A DNA stretch of 62,941 nucleotides, filler included, from Octopus bimaculoides (Eukaryota), in NCBI RefSeq assembly GCF_001194135.2. It is 6 parts of 6 records of this genome, joined end to end, with 100 filler letters (N's around TTAATTAATTAA, not from the genome) between each part and the next. Parts side by side here need not be neighbours in the genome. Positions count along the whole stretch, not along the records: positions 1 to 27,924 come from NC_068985.1; 5 more parts are not named here. One strand, 5' to 3'. Shown piece after piece: positions 1 through 13,940 of the stretch (positions within the stretch are counted from its first letter, which is position 1; each line of letters begins with the position of its first letter). The position numbers and the translations under genes were made by a program. The notes beneath the pieces were generated by a model that had not been told where the DNA came from, did not search any database, and saw only the letters and a list, made by a program, of their open reading frames with translations.

Positions 1-1515
1 ATATATATATATATATATACACATGCGTGCGTGTATGTGGGTGTCTTATATTTAAAATTAAAGTTTAGATACGAAACTTTAAAATGCAGCATTCATACCT
101 TATTTTGAGTATATCCTTAGTAGTGTGCCTTGAGACTAACGACACCACTTACGGCTGCCAAGCATCATCCGCGATACTGCACTTTAGTCGCAGGGTCTCC
201 GTAAGGAATATCCCGGTGCACGTTTAGTATATTTGAAATAACTGATATGGAAGACAGAGTGCACTGTAAGCTTTACTTAGCACGACGCTCGTTTCGGCTT
301 ACATCTGCACCCCTCCCTATTGGGTGGGGAACGATATAATGGAATAGAATGCACCCCACAGTGCAGAGGAAATCTCATCAAGTTACATAATACACTGCAG
401 TGTTATAATATGTACATTTCTAAAATGTGTGCTGCAGAACGGTGTTTGTATGATGTGTACGCTTATAGTAGTTCACAAATCCATTAATGAGGCAGGATGT
501 CCGGTATATATTCGGTGAGTGGTAGGTAAATAATACAAAAAATAAAATACAAAGAATAAATGAGAAGGTCAGTATGGCTTTTGATTGAAATATGTATACG
601 TATATTTGTATATACATACCTAGCTACATACATATGCCTATTTAGCCTTAACTGTTAGAAAAAGAAAGAGTACCCATTACACTGGTAGAAATTAATATTT
701 TATTTTAGTCGAGTCAGCCAGTTGCTACTCTGAATTTCACCTGTAGGGATGTAGGACTTCCAGGGAAGTGGTAACCGTTCACTACTCGTCTGAAGATCCT
801 GTGTGCATACAAGCGATACTCATGAGTAGAACGAGACTCATCGATATAGGTTGATGAATGAGATTATATTTGAGAGAAAACTATTGTCATTCACGTCGCA
901 TGTGATACTCTGAAACAGTGATTGTTCCATTGGAAATATGTTACCAACAATGATATTATCTCCCTATTGCACTATAAAATAATTAGGAAGAATAAATAAA
1001 ATTCCGAAATGAATAAACGTGTGAAAATGCCATACAAATGTAGCTTCATGCAAACGCTATAAGAACTGTGATTTCTAGTGTTCAATATGTGGTGAATTAA
1101 TCAGCAGATGATGGAGAGATTTTAATGACTGACAATATTAAAATACTTTACAAGATGATGTCAAGTGCCAAATGAACTGCATGATTCATCATTTATGTTG
1201 GAATGTGCATTAACACTATCTAATTAGGTGGAGGTATGTTATGAGAGGAACAAATGATTTTTAGGTCTTGCTTAGTCGCTACAGTGGCCACATGTATGTT
1301 ATAGAATTGAACTATCGGAGCTTATCAAGAACTTCACAACAACGGTAACAATAACATTAACTCTTATTGCTTTATATGAGGATGTGCTTTCTGAAAATCT
1401 CTTTCACTTACGTGAAAAGTTATAAGCTTATATTAATTTAACAAGTTTCATTCCCACTAATTGTACACTTTTTTATATCAACTTTTCTAACTATACGATT
1501 TATTACAATAATTAA

Positions 1516-1720
1516 GGCTGCGAATTTGGAGAGTAGTTCGTTAGTGTGTCGAGCAGACTGCTTTGCGGCTTTAATTAGAGCTATTTTGTTCTAATTCCGC
1601 CGAGGTTAACATTGACGTTCACCATTTCTGGTTCAATAAATAGAGCGCCACTCGATCCATTTTTCTTTGTCCTCTCTCTAAGATATAATTTGAATTCAGC
1701 CTTGGAGTGGGATTAGTTCT
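1516..1720 (+). mobile_element. Degenerate Nin-like SINE
   Basis: ttcgttagtgtgtcgagcagactgctttgcggc..ttccgccgaggttaacattgacgttcaccatttctgg. Confidence 0.65.
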
Positions 1721-2999
1721 TTCAAGCTTAGCAAAACTAGACACGCCAGATGTCACTAAGGCAGACACTATAGTGACTATATGTGTGACATCTGGCGTTG
1801 AGAGTCAAATACAAGGCGGTAAATGATTATTTTGAATGCTACGAAATATACATTTTCAATGCTACTGATCCTGGTTCTAAGACTAACACAATAACACTAA
1901 CTCTACACCTTTATATGTCTTTAAATTTACACATATGTATACCACTATGCCCACGCCAAATGGTTCCAATAATTCTACATTTTAATACCCCTTAACCTGA
2001 TGCTTGGCATTATTTTAATTTTAATTACAAGAACTGACATAAAGAATTCGTTTTTTTATATTTCTCTCTTTGTCAAAACCTTTAGTTACTTTGAATGGCT
2101 TCAGATTAAAAATTGAAAGGTCCCTAATTTCGATCCCACAACTCACGCTATGTTATCTCTAAAGATTTCACTGTTTTCCGATTTGACTACAATTGTTTCT
2201 CTTATCACGCATTGACTGAAATGGTATAAATATGGCCCTAGCCAACAAATAAATAACTTTGTTATCAGTATTGCTTTATGTCCGTCACAATTTCCGTTTC
2301 AATTTATTTCAATACAATTACAATACTACCATGAAATCAATTTCCAAGATTACGTGAGAATTATGACTTCTGTTGTTCACCGATATAAAGCTTCGGGCTT
2401 CTTCAATAAAGTAATATTTATTCAAATCATACTTTGGAAAGAAATATTTATAAAACATTTAACTCTCAACGGCTGAGTTACCATGTATAAGATGCTTTCC
2501 TGCTGTAAATTGTCAGTAGTATAAGCATTTGTGCTTTACGAAATATGGAAAAAAAGGTATTTCGTCCGATTGCAATGTCTAATTAATTAAGACCTATAAT
2601 CACTTGTAGGGTTTAAATATGCCCGTCTCATGGGCATAAGGCGGCATACAAATCGAAAACGCTGTAACACTATTTCTTCGTAACTTTCTTTCAATTTTAT
2701 CACTTGCAGTTTGAATCAACTCGCAGTTTGTATTGGATGCGCATAAAAATGAAATTGTGATCGTTAATGAAGAGATATTCTTAATTTTCGAGATAATTGC
2801 AATATTGATTCGTTGCTGCTACTGACCACAGGATCTCAATAAGTTTATTTCTATTAAGGAAAACGTGATTTACGAGAAGTATTGTATATCGCCAAACAAT
2901 ATTCAATCCATATAATGGTAGAGGATTGGTGGAATTATTTAAGCGTGGAACAAAATATTTTGCGTAAATAGTGAGGGCTTTTTTTAGAGGAGATCTCAT

Positions 3000-3090
3000 A
3001 TCTCACCGAGGTCGAATTTGCTTTTTATACTTCTGAGGTCGATAAATAAATATCAAGTCAAGTACTAAGATCAATATACTCGACTGTTCA
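3000..3090 (+). mobile_element. Nin-like SINE fragment
   Basis: caccgaggtcgaatttgctttttatacttctgaggtcgataaataaat. Confidence 0.65.
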
Positions 3091-3239
3091 ATCTATTTTC
3101 AAATTCTTATAATTTATAAAATTGGTATAAAAATCAAGTAAATCTCTTAGGAAAAACAATCACAGAGTTTCGCTCGGTGAAACTAATTATTAGACGTCGA
3201 CATGAGAAATCTATCCTCATTTGCATTAAATTGTGGGCT

Positions 3240-4990
3240 AAAGATCTTGTTCACGAAATTTGCGACTAAATCACAATTTCTGGTTCAACATATTTCCTTA
3301 CCCTGGTGATTCTTCTATATCATTGATAACTTATTGAATGTTATACTAGCCCATTTCTTGAAAACTAGCGTTGAGTGTTTGTGAAATCAATTTTTGAAAA
3401 TAACTAAGAATCTACACTTGTGATTTTCGCCGAAGTAAATCTTCTGGTTTCTCGAATAAAGAAGTATTTATCCGTAATCGTTTGGCAAAGAAACATTTAA
3501 TGCAAATAGATACTTGGCTTAGTTAAAACCAGTCGTTAGACTAAGTTGGTGTTTTACAATCTCAATCGCTGTCAACAGATCTCAATTTATATCTAACAGG
3601 AGCATTATTTGCGTCCTACTAGTAATATATTGGGTACAATGGAGTAAGTCAATATGAATGGTATCTATAAGACAAGTTATAAAATATTGTTATCGGTAAT
3701 ATTGATAAATTGGTTGATGCGAAAAGTGATATAATATGATTGTGTATTATGGTCGTTTATAATTTTCCGAGCAATTTCTCTTGTGAATTTAAGACTAGGG
3801 TGTAGATTGTCGAGGAAGGTTCTGAATTCTTCCAGATTTTCTAGGGATTTGGTCTACATTAGAAAACAATCATCGAGGTATCTTTTCCATGTGTCCTCTA
3901 TATGTCTTTTAAAGATCATGCAGTTGTTTCCCTTCAATTTTTTTATAGGTTTTGTTACAAGTACGTATCCCAATACTGAGTCCGCGAAAACTGGAGCAAA
4001 TTGCGTCCCCATAACTGTGCCAGGATTTGGAGGTAGTTTTTTTCCGTTGAAAAGGAATGTGTTGATTTCGAGGATGAGGCTGACTGTATCTAGTATGAAG
4101 GTAACAGTAAATCTACTGGGGATCGATTCTGTATGTTTCTTGATCCAATATTTTATGGTAGTAATTCCCAAATCGTGTGGAATGTTCGTATATAAGTTTG
4201 TTACCTGAAAATTAGCAGTGAATTGGATTCTGTTGTTTTGGACAGTTGTGACAGGAATTTGATACCATCCCGAATGAAACTGAGCACGTGACTACATAAT
4301 GGTTTTTGGATAATGTCAATGAGGTTACCCAGACGATGTGTAGGACAGGCTGGACCAGCTATAATGGGTCTTAATTTAAGGTCTTTTGATTGTAGTAGTT
4401 TTATGTATTTTACGAAGTTGTTCCTTTATAGCGTTTTGTATTTCTTTTGACTTATGAATTTTAGGTAAGCTATAGAAGTTGCGGGATTTCGACTCAAAAT
4501 TGGTAATATAGTTCCTTTCATTAGAAGTGAGGGAGTTATAATGTTTTGAGACTAAATAATTGCGTTTCTCCAAGATGCGGTGGTCAATATTGGAGGCTTT
4601 TCATGGGAGAACGTTGTATCTTCAAATAATCTTCAGCTAGATCTCGGTAATATTCCGTATCCATTACAACAATGGTACCCATTTATCCGTTTGTTTGATG
4701 ACAATTGTTGAAATCTGTGAAGGATATCAATGAATTGATCTAGATATATGTAATTCGTCCTTTTGGCGGGTTAAATTTTGATTTACTTTTCGCCAAGGAT
4801 TCGTCATTTTCATTATTTTTAGCAGTAAAAAACTCCACAAGTAGTTTTTGAGAAAAGGTTTGGTTGACTGTAGGTGTGAAGTTTAGCCCTTTCATCAATA
4901 ATCGAAGTTCCTCACTGTCTACATTTCTTTTTGATGAATTAATAATTTTAGGGTCTATCCTATCAGATGTTTCACAGTTGTTTCTTCTTG
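3240..4990 (-). mobile_element. Penelope-like retroelement, degenerate RT
   Basis: Minus-strand peptides across frameshifts: LLMKGLNFTPT, FYSLPKIHKS, LRPIIAGPACPTHRL, GTVMGTQFAPVFA, WKRYLDDCF, FLDNLHPSLKFT. Boundaries approximate. Confidence 0.88.
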
Positions 4991-4999
4991 GACTTTTCT

Positions 5000-5165
5000 T
5001 TATATGAATATAAACAAATTACAGAAGACTTCTACCAAATGAAATAAAAGCGATCGAAACCAACTAAGTTTCGCTTAAGCTGCATGTAGTTGTCCTGGGA
5101 CAACTTGCATTTAGACTTGGATTATTTTACAACGAAATAATTACGCCAACAGGCAACATATTCCC
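5000..5165 (+). mobile_element. Short diverged fragment of the Dong/R4-like LINE 5' coding region
   Basis: tcctgggacaacttgcatttagactt...attacgccaaca..gcaacat at about 5092-5160 is nearly identical to about 6338-6405. Confidence 0.7.
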
Positions 5166-5473
5166 AAAAAATTCAGCTTGTTGGAGCCGTCTAAGAGTTC
5201 GCATGGTTGTGTATAGAAGAATACATTAATGAATGAAATTCCATGTTAGTCTGATTTTCGCGTTTTATTATTTACAAATTTTACAATTTTACAATATTGA
5301 AATAAACCAGTACTTGGACCGTGCGATGCGTTGTGTTCTCCACTCAGCTGGCAAAAATGACAAAAATCCTGCGACGGATTGGCGTCCCGTCCAGGTGGGG
5401 AATATATACGCCCTTATAAGCTTGACATGGCTCGAGGAGGAAACATTTATTATATACATATAAATATTACTAT

Positions 5474-5677
5474 TTTACTTGTTTCAGTCATTCGACTGCG
5501 GCTATGCTGGAGCACCGCCTATAGTCGAACAAGTCGACTCCAGGTCTGGTACTGATCCTATTGGTCTCTTTTGCCGAACCGCTAAGTTACAGGGACGCAG
5601 CACCAATATCGGTTGTCAAGCGATGGTGGGAGTACAAACACAGACACACAAACATACATACATACATACATATATAT
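5474..5677 (-). mobile_element. 3' half of CORE-like SINE family, runs into N gap
   Basis: Aligns with 11455-11680. Confidence 0.85.
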
Positions 5678-6029
5678 NNNNNNNNNNNNNNNNNNNNNNN
5701 NNNNNNNNNNNNNNNNNNNNNNNNNNNNNNNNNNNNNNNNNNNNNNNNNNNNNNNNNNNNNNNNNNNNNNNNNNNNNNNNNNNNNNNNNNNNNNNNNNNN
5801 NNNNNNNNNNNNNNNNNNNNNNNNNNNNNNNNNNNNNNNNNNNNNNNNNNNNNNNNNNNNNNNNNNNNNNNNNNNNNNNNNNNNNNNNNNNNNNNNNNNN
5901 NNNNNNNNNNNNNNNNNNNNNNNNNNNNNNNNNNNNNNNNNNNNNNNNNNNNNNNNNNNNNNNNNNNNNNNNNNNNNNNNNNNNNNNNNNNNNNNNNNNN
6001 NNNNNNNNNNNNNNNNNNNNNNNNNNNNC

Positions 6030-6128
6030 AACCAACCAACCAACCAACCAACCAACCAGCCAACCAACCAGCCAACCAACCAACCAACCAACCAACCAAC
6101 CAACCAACCAACCAACCAACCAAACAAA
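6030..6128. repeat. (CCAA)n microsatellite
   Basis: Direct inspection. Confidence 0.95.
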
Positions 6129-6139
6129 CGTGCAGAAAT

Positions 6140-6778
6140 TTACAACAAACGACATGACTGGATGCAACATCAACAACAGAACAGATTGAAAACAATATGT
6201 AAACAGATTCTTATAGAAGAAACCGTAATTACAAAACTCATTTTTCTTCGTGTTATGGATTGAATACTGATTTATTTAACTGTTATAAAAGAGCGAAACA
6301 AAACCCCGCTGTTAGATATATGAATCGATTGAAATCATCCTGGGACAACTTGCATTTAGACTTAAATCATTTTACAACAAAACAATTACGCCAACAAGCA
6401 ACATTTGTGGAACATAGGAAGAAAGTTAGTGAATGTAACTTTATTAAAGAAAGATTTGAAATTAACCTTCTCTCCAACATTATAAACAAAAACAAAAACG
6501 TGAACGATGTGAGAACATCTCGTGGTTTCGCATTTGGAGACATTCGAACAGATTCTATACTGCTTACAGGCCAAACTACATTACTGGCTAAAGTAACAGA
6601 CCACTGTGCCCCTTCTACGACTGTGGTAAATAGCAGACACAACCGCACCGATTATTGTAGTAGTAGTCGTAGACAGGATTATATATCAGTGAAATATGCC
6701 TTCACTGAAATTTTTCGAGAAAAAATAACTTTGGCTCTAAAGTACTCTTTCAAAGAGAGAGTATTCTATACCAAAGTA

Positions 6779-6815
<37 letters not shown>

Positions 6816-7875
6816 CCTCCAGATACGGTATTAAAAGATGCTAACGAAATTGGAGAGGAATATTTACAGCGGGGTAATGAATCCTTATTCTGGCTGATTA
6901 ACACCTGTCTTTCTGCTCTGTCTATTACTGCAAAGCAATACATGAACTGCATTCAAAAAGAGAGCAAAACCGAATCAAAAAAAAAAAAAAAAATGCCATC
7001 ATGGGTTTTGAAGACAGAGAAGTTAACTGATTTATGGAAAACTATCAGTCATGTGATGATGCTTATTGCGTGAAAACAAGCAAATCACTAAATGTCTCAC
7101 CAACAACATGTGAAGAAGGCGACAGAAGTGACGTGTGGAGATGGCAAAAAGAGGAAATCACTTGCAAACTGATCACTCTCAAGCAGGACATAAAAGCTGT
7201 CAGTGAGAAACTCGGAAATCACAAAGGAATAACTGAGAGAAAAACAATAAAGAAAAATATTTAACCGGAACCACGCATCAGTGTACAGAGACATGAGAGA
7301 AGAAAGTGAACATCAGAGAAGCTCCTTTACAAGAATATATAGACTCCTTCTGGAGGTAAATCTGGAGGAAGAAAAAGAGTTTAATTAAGATGCTCTGTGG
7401 GTGAAAGAAATTCGAAGAAGTTACTGCCCCTGCATTACACCCAAGACATACGGCATTGATAGTGATACCCTTGTAAAGGTGATCTAGAAACATCAGGATG
7501 GAAAGGCACCTGGAAGGGACTTGTTTGTTGGATACTGGTATAAGAAGCTAACCTTCTACCGACCATATCTTATCAATCTGTATCAGCAAGCTCTCGATGT
7601 AAACAGCAGCATACGACACTGATTATCTCTAGCGGGGACAAAACTGATCCCCAAATGCAGAACCACCCACATGGCAAAATCTACCGGCCAATTGCTTGCC
7701 AGAACTGAATGCATAAAATATATACAACATGTTTAAACCTCTTCCTCTAAGACCATTGTGAAAGTAATAACATCATTACAGCAGAACAAGCATTTGGGAA
7801 GAAGCGAGTCTGGGGATGTTCCGAGCAACTGTTAATAAACAAAACGGTAATGTCAAAGGTTCTGGAACATAGGTA
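6140..7875 (+). mobile_element. Dong/R4-like non-LTR retrotransposon, 5' part through early RT, degenerate
   Basis: Peptides YMNRLKSSWDNLH..TKQLRQQA, LWVKEI, KAPGRD, WYKKL, TKLIPK, YRPIAC, EQLLINKTVM. Same family as 22565-24440 over about 300 bp of overlap. Confidence 0.82.
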
Positions 7876-8039
7876 GGTTTGGTATAAGACATAAAACAAT
7901 ACTATTTTAAAACCTGGTATATAACGACACCTAAACTTTAGGCAGTGACTTTATAGGGTCAATAACATCCGCTGATATGCCTTATTTCGAAAGTTAATTA
8001 CTAAATATGTTACTATACATAATATGAACATGTATGTAT

Positions 8040-8200
<161 letters not shown>

Positions 8201-10944
8201 TGTATTTATATATTTAAACACTCCTCTATATGTATAATATTATTTAGGGCTGTATAATACTAATTAAGGCATGCTGAAACCAAGAATAGTTGTGTTCAAT
8301 CTTGAAATTGGTGGGATATGAAGTCAGAAGATGAAGGGCTGTATTGCCTCAGGACATTTTGTTTGAGTCTCTAAAATGTCTGACAAATACATCCCCCCTT
8401 TAACATTAACTTCACTAATTTTTCATTAACCTCAACCAATTCTAGTCAATACAGTCAGGTACCACCTTCTCCTAATTTTACTTCCTAAGGCTATCTACAG
8501 AAAATCTCTAGAGATCACCTTAACAAGTGATGTAAGAGCACTGATACCACAGTTGTACACAATATTTACTTATAAAAGCGTTTAATATACTTTATAGTAT
8601 ATTATGGCTGCATAACGAAATACGGTATCCTCACAAGTCATTAATACTTGTGATTGTTTTATATAAGTTGGAATGACAAAGCATTTACAATGAAATTTAT
8701 ATATTATATAGTGTGATTAAAAATGTATTGAATGCGTAGTCAATCATCTTTTTATTTGATAGGAAATGGCAGAATAGAAAAGTTGAGATAAAGTAGCTAT
8801 TGAGAAGTGAATATAAATTGCAAGTGATATATCTCACGCTCAAAATGAAATATCTCATTAAGTAAAAAAATCATTGTTCACCAAAACTATAAAGTATATA
8901 CCATATACTCTCACTGTTCTGTATTTGAAACTCCGTAAAATTGTAGATGGCACTGAATCGAAAAGATGGTATTGAGTACAATTCCGAATGTGATTATGTC
9001 TTTTTAAGTACTGTAACTGCATCAGTATTTCTTTATTAAGTCTCGAAACATTAAGTGCAGAAAATTGATTCAATTGAATAGATTATACTTGCATTTTACT
9101 AATTTGAATTCTTGTGTGCCATTCTACAACATGAACTAATATTTAAGCTATTGAGCATAAATTATTCAGATATTTTCTATCGCTCACGAAAAATACTGTA
9201 AACAGAATTTGTTTTCAATACTCATACAGGCCAAATTACAAGTCTGCATTTGTTTTATAATAGATATCATGGTATTTACTATATTAAAATTTATGGTAAT
9301 GTTATTAATGAATTTTTCATTTATCTGTATAATTTGACCAAATATAGAAACAAATGTACGGATGATTGAATTATGTCTGACAGTATTTTCTATACGGCAA
9401 TGTTCGAGCAAATTTGATTTCTATCTTAAGCCGTTGTGTAATCTCGATATACGCTTGCAGAAACCAACATAATTATATGTTGTCTATCATGCATAATTAC
9501 TGCTACTTTAAACTTGAATTATTTTAGGTCGGTTGGTGATGAATACTCCAAATGTATAATTGCATATTAGCTTTAGTTTGTAAATAGAGTTTGTTATAAA
9601 CTGCCAGAAATAATGTCATGTTTCCAGCAAATGATTTTTCTAATTCCTCATTTAAGAAATCAACGCCATTTGATATTTTTCAAAATTATGCAATAGTAAT
9701 TACTATACAAACCGAAATGATTCTTTTCTTATAGCTCAACCGTCATTTTCTAACTCTGGTTGATTTCTTTAAAAATGCCAATTTTCAGAATTTCCTTACT
9801 CTTTTGCAAACTTTAATTTGGTAAACTATATTCGTATCCAGGTGTTCATTAAACTTAGATTAAAGCTATATGACAGAAAATTAAATAGACGCTCAGTCAT
9901 TCAGATGTGTCGTATAATAAGGAAAAAAAAAGTGCACACGTGTTTTAAACGTCTACTGTTAGAGGCAAAATTCAAAGATTAAATTGCTAGTAAAGAAATA
10001 TATTTATCATTAGATTCTGGCAATCACTCATGGATTAGATTTACATTTATATTTAGAGTTTCAAATAACATGTTTGTTAAAAAAATTCAACTGTTAAAAT
10101 AAGAGACACTTAGTCCTGTTTATTCTTCTAACCGAAATAGAAAGTAGCCTCCAAATTCCAAATTTTATCGGTGCATTACATCTATGTTTCTAATTCTAAG
10201 AAAAGAAATTAAGATGTTGACTGTCAAAATGTTTTCAGTTTTAAAATAAGTAAATTAGTAAGGTGGCAGCATATTCAATATCTCGATATTGATGTAAAAG
10301 TATAAGATTTCCTCTTGCATGTTTATGTGTCTACGATATTGAGCTGGCATATGTTGTATGGTTGTTGCTTTCATTTCTGTCTATTAACAGTCTGAACTAT
10401 ATGATGACCACAGTCTTCTTCAGAGAAGTTGTTCTAAATTGATAGGCCTACAATATACATCAACAGGGCTTGAAATATGTATTGTGCATTCATGACAGGA
10501 AGAGTATCACGCACCGATATGTGATTGTAAAACATGTTGACTAGTATAGTCATTAGAAAGGGATACAGAGAGTAAACGTTATAAATTGAGTGTATGTTGT
10601 GGAAATTTCCGAGCAAGATGTAAAACGTTTAAATTCATAAAGTATTAGGTTGTAAATTTAGCAGAGATGGGGGTCATCATTAAAATAGTCCTTTGTGAAT
10701 TTCTGGGTATTTTCTTTACAATAGAATGTCATGAGGGAAAAAAAATTCAGCAGTGTCAATGAATCGTGTATAATCTGTCGTAATTCAATATTATATGAGT
10801 AATATTATATATGCTAGCTGAGATTTAGATGCATTTTAAATTCTCATTAAATTATTCAAGGCAAGTCCACCACAAAAACACCTGGGAAGACCAAAGATTT
10901 TCATAAACTAATACTTCAGCAGTCTGCCGACTGAGGAATCCCTC

Positions 10945-11000
10945 CACACGTACACACAAGCACACCCACACATACGCAGGCACAAACGCACACCCTCACA

Positions 11001-11076
<76 letters not shown>
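10945..11076. repeat. (CA)n microsatellite
   Basis: Direct inspection. Confidence 0.95.
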
Positions 11077-11079
<3 letters not shown>

Positions 11080-11447
11080 CATATCGATTTTCAGAAATTT
11101 TTTAACATTTTCCATAGGATGTTGATCATCAAACAAATAATCATGGTGGTATGATGTTATTTAAATGACATGCATATTAATTAGAGTTCGAAAAGTTGTC
11201 ATACCATATTGTATGAATTAATTAATTCTTGCCTTAAGCTAAAATTATGCTGGCGTGAATTGCTACAAAGAAATTTTTTTCTGATGAAAATTTATCACCA
11301 TTTCTACGCAGCAGAGTGAAAATAATGCGCGCGAAGTCAGGAAAAAAATATACATGTACTCAAATCATTAGTCAGACTAAATCCGCCAGTAGCGATCTAG
11401 CAATACGTGTTCGAAAATAAATACAGAACATAGAAGGGCATATGTAT

Positions 11448-11686
11448 ACTCTTTTACTCTTTTACTTGTTTCAGTCTTTTGACTGTGGCCATGCTGGAGC
11501 ACCACCTTTAGTCGAGCAAATCGACCCCATGACTTATTCTTTAGAAGCCTAGTACTTATTCTATCGGTCACTTTTTGCCGAACCGCTAAGTTACGGGAAC
11601 ATAAACACACCAGCATCGGTTGTCAAGCGATGTTGGGGGGACAAACACAGACACACAAACACACATACACATACATATATGTATAT

Positions 11687-11769
<83 letters not shown>

Positions 11770-11940
11770 CATATATACGACGGGCTTCTTTCAGTTTCCG
11801 TCAACCAAATCCACTCACAAGGCTTTGGTCGGCCCGAGGCTATAGTAGAAGACACTTGCCCAAGATGCCACGCAGTGAGACTGAACCCGGAACCATGTGG
11901 TTGGTAAGCAAGCTACTTACCATACAGCCACTCCTACGCC
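11448..11940 (-). mobile_element. Complete tRNA-derived SINE (CORE-like family) with internal (AT)n
   Basis: Head GGCGTAGGAGTGGCTGTATGGTAAG..GGTTCAGTCTC (A/B boxes), CORE-like tcttgggcaagtgtctt, central microsatellite, and 3' tail ..tgactgaaacaagtaaaagagtaaaagagt. Confidence 0.88.
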
Positions 11941-12540
11941 TGTGTATATAATTAAATTATCTATAAGATAGAAATTTCATCCTTGCCTTGAAATATTGTT
12001 GCTTTAACACAATAGACTATTTTCTGAAGTAAATCAGATGGCAAACAAAATTAAACCGAATTCCCCCCAAGTTACGCTTATCCCCCTTAAAGAAAGAGGG
12101 AGTCACTGGATTATGCAGTCCTGGTCGATACCTTGGCAGGAATGCATTTGTTCGGAGATGTGCCGATTTAAGTTGAAGTTAGATTCAAAATTAATAATTA
12201 ATTTCTTAATGCTTATCCGGGACGAAATTTGACAGTACTTTTCAGCATATAAATGCATAGACTATATACAGTTTGGTTACTTGAAAGCTGAAACCCCATC
12301 ATTTGGACTGAATAGTGGATTTATTGTAACGTTATACAAACTATCTGAGTAAGATTCTGCCACTTTAGGTACAATTCAGTTTTCTTGGGCATTTGTTGTC
12401 TAGCCCTAGGTCATCTCTTATCGAGCACATAACTGATATATGATTATACATACATCCATAAATGCATACATACATACATATACACATGCACAGACACATA
12501 CACACATATACACACATATGTATAAATATCTAGGCGTAAG

Positions 12541-12583
<43 letters not shown>

Positions 12584-12586
12584 ATA

Positions 12587-12731
12587 GGTGCAGGCATGGC
12601 TGTATTGTAAAAAGTTTGTTTCCCAACCACATGGTTCCTGGTTCAGCCCCACTACGCGGCTCCTTGGACAAGTAAGTACCTTCTACTATAGCTTCGGGCC
12701 GACCAAGGGCTTGTGAGTAGATCTGGTAGAC
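12587..12731 (+). mobile_element. 5' head of CORE-like SINE
   Basis: Aligns with the reverse complement of 11795-11940. Confidence 0.85.
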
Positions 12732-12732
12732 A

Positions 12733-12960
12733 ATAGTTGATGTATATCAGCTGCGGTGAGTTCGAAGCAGTTGATGCAGCCAGTCAATAGGTTGACCGCC
12801 GAGTGTGCTGGTACTGTTGTGTACATTGAGACAGCACCAAGACTAAAGGCATATCTGTTTTGTCTGAGTTGGTCTGGGGGCAGTTGACATAGTCTTTTGA
12901 TGACTTCGTCGGTGTTCTTTGACGTGTCCCGGAAAGGTGGAGAGTGCGGGTTTCAGGATG
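12733..12960 (-). mobile_element. Penelope-like RT fragment
   Basis: Minus strand HVK(N)TDEVIKRLCQL...YAFSLGAVSMYTTVP matches the PLE RT motif SxDVxSLYTxVP. Confidence 0.72.
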
Positions 12961-13419
12961 TGGGAATGGAACCAGGATATTTTATATGGAGGTCCTTCCA
13001 CGCTGGATGAGATGAGATGAGTGTAATCTGGATCGTGTCGCTATCCTTGTGTTTTAATGAGCTGGTAGAACGTGGGAAAACTACTGTTCTTTGAATTAAA
13101 GAAGTAAAATATAAAATTAAAAAATCGGTTCGGAATATGCAATGTATATTCAACCTTTGATAGCAAAGGATTATTATTGTTTTAGAAACATATACAAGGC
13201 AGAGGATACCCAAAAGAAACCGGAATTTTGCAATATAATTTTATTCACTTAGTTTTACGTTTACACTTTTATCGCCTCCATCGTCTTTTTTTTTCGACTC
13301 TTCTATATCTTCAAAATGTTTTCCTTTAAGGACATTTTTATTCGAGGGAACAAAAACAAAATGGCACAGGAAGCAAGACCGGGTGAATTAGGAGGGTGGG
13401 TCACGCATTCAGTCATCAC

Positions 13420-13940
13420 TACTTTTGATCTTCCGTGAGCAAACGAGGTACAAATTCAGCTGCAACTATTTTCATTTACAATTCCTCGTTCAAAATTCGT
13501 TGACAGGAACTGCAGGACACAATAGTCGTATCAAGTTTGTAAATTTTTCCGCGATAATTACCTCAAGATCTGTTCATGAAGTTTCGTGATGTTGACCTTT
13601 GTTCGGGAGGTCGACAGTCGTCCTGAAAGAGGTTGATCTTCAAGCCACAAGTGACCATTCCTAAAGTGTGAAAACTATCGAAAACTTGTGACTTGCTCAA
13701 GCTGTTTGAAGCATGACAACTGCCTCGGCCGCGTTTTACGCAGCAGAAAAACAGAATTTCACGGAAGCACGCTATTCCTTCGTTTCAGCCATCGCAAAAA
13801 TCGACGAACAGTAGAGAAGCACTGCAAAACAAAGAGGCACGACGTGGCAGTACGACTGCACCCGACGCCGCCGGTTAGTAGACTGATGCCTGTATCAAGT
13901 TACTTCTAATGACAGAGAACATTTCCGATTACTTTTGTAT
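13420..13940 (-). mobile_element. Mariner transposon relic (5' end and transposase N-terminus)
   Basis: From ATG 13792, across stops and frameshifts: MAETKE*RASVKFCFLLRK...VMLQTA..LSKSQVF..FRNGHLWLEDQPLSGRLSTSRT...VAAEFVPRLLTEDQK, i.e. mariner HTH, (R)SGRP and WVPxxL-type motifs. Confidence 0.85.

Noticed and set aside
3783-4208. 141-aa plus-strand ORF
   Set aside because: Antisense shadow of the Penelope RT.
5479-6263. Stack of long ORFs here and at 33134, 36755, 38124-39510, 43165, 45736, 47338 and 59205
   Set aside because: They stay open only through N runs and microsatellites.
8850-9420. Short minus-strand ORFs in unique AT-rich DNA
   Set aside because: No motifs, non-ATG starts and no coherent splice sites.
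13688-13909. Plus-strand ORF with CSSC...KHCKTKRH resembling a C2H2/BED zinc finger
   Set aside because: Cys-His spacing is too long, and the opposite strand gives a much better mariner transposase match.
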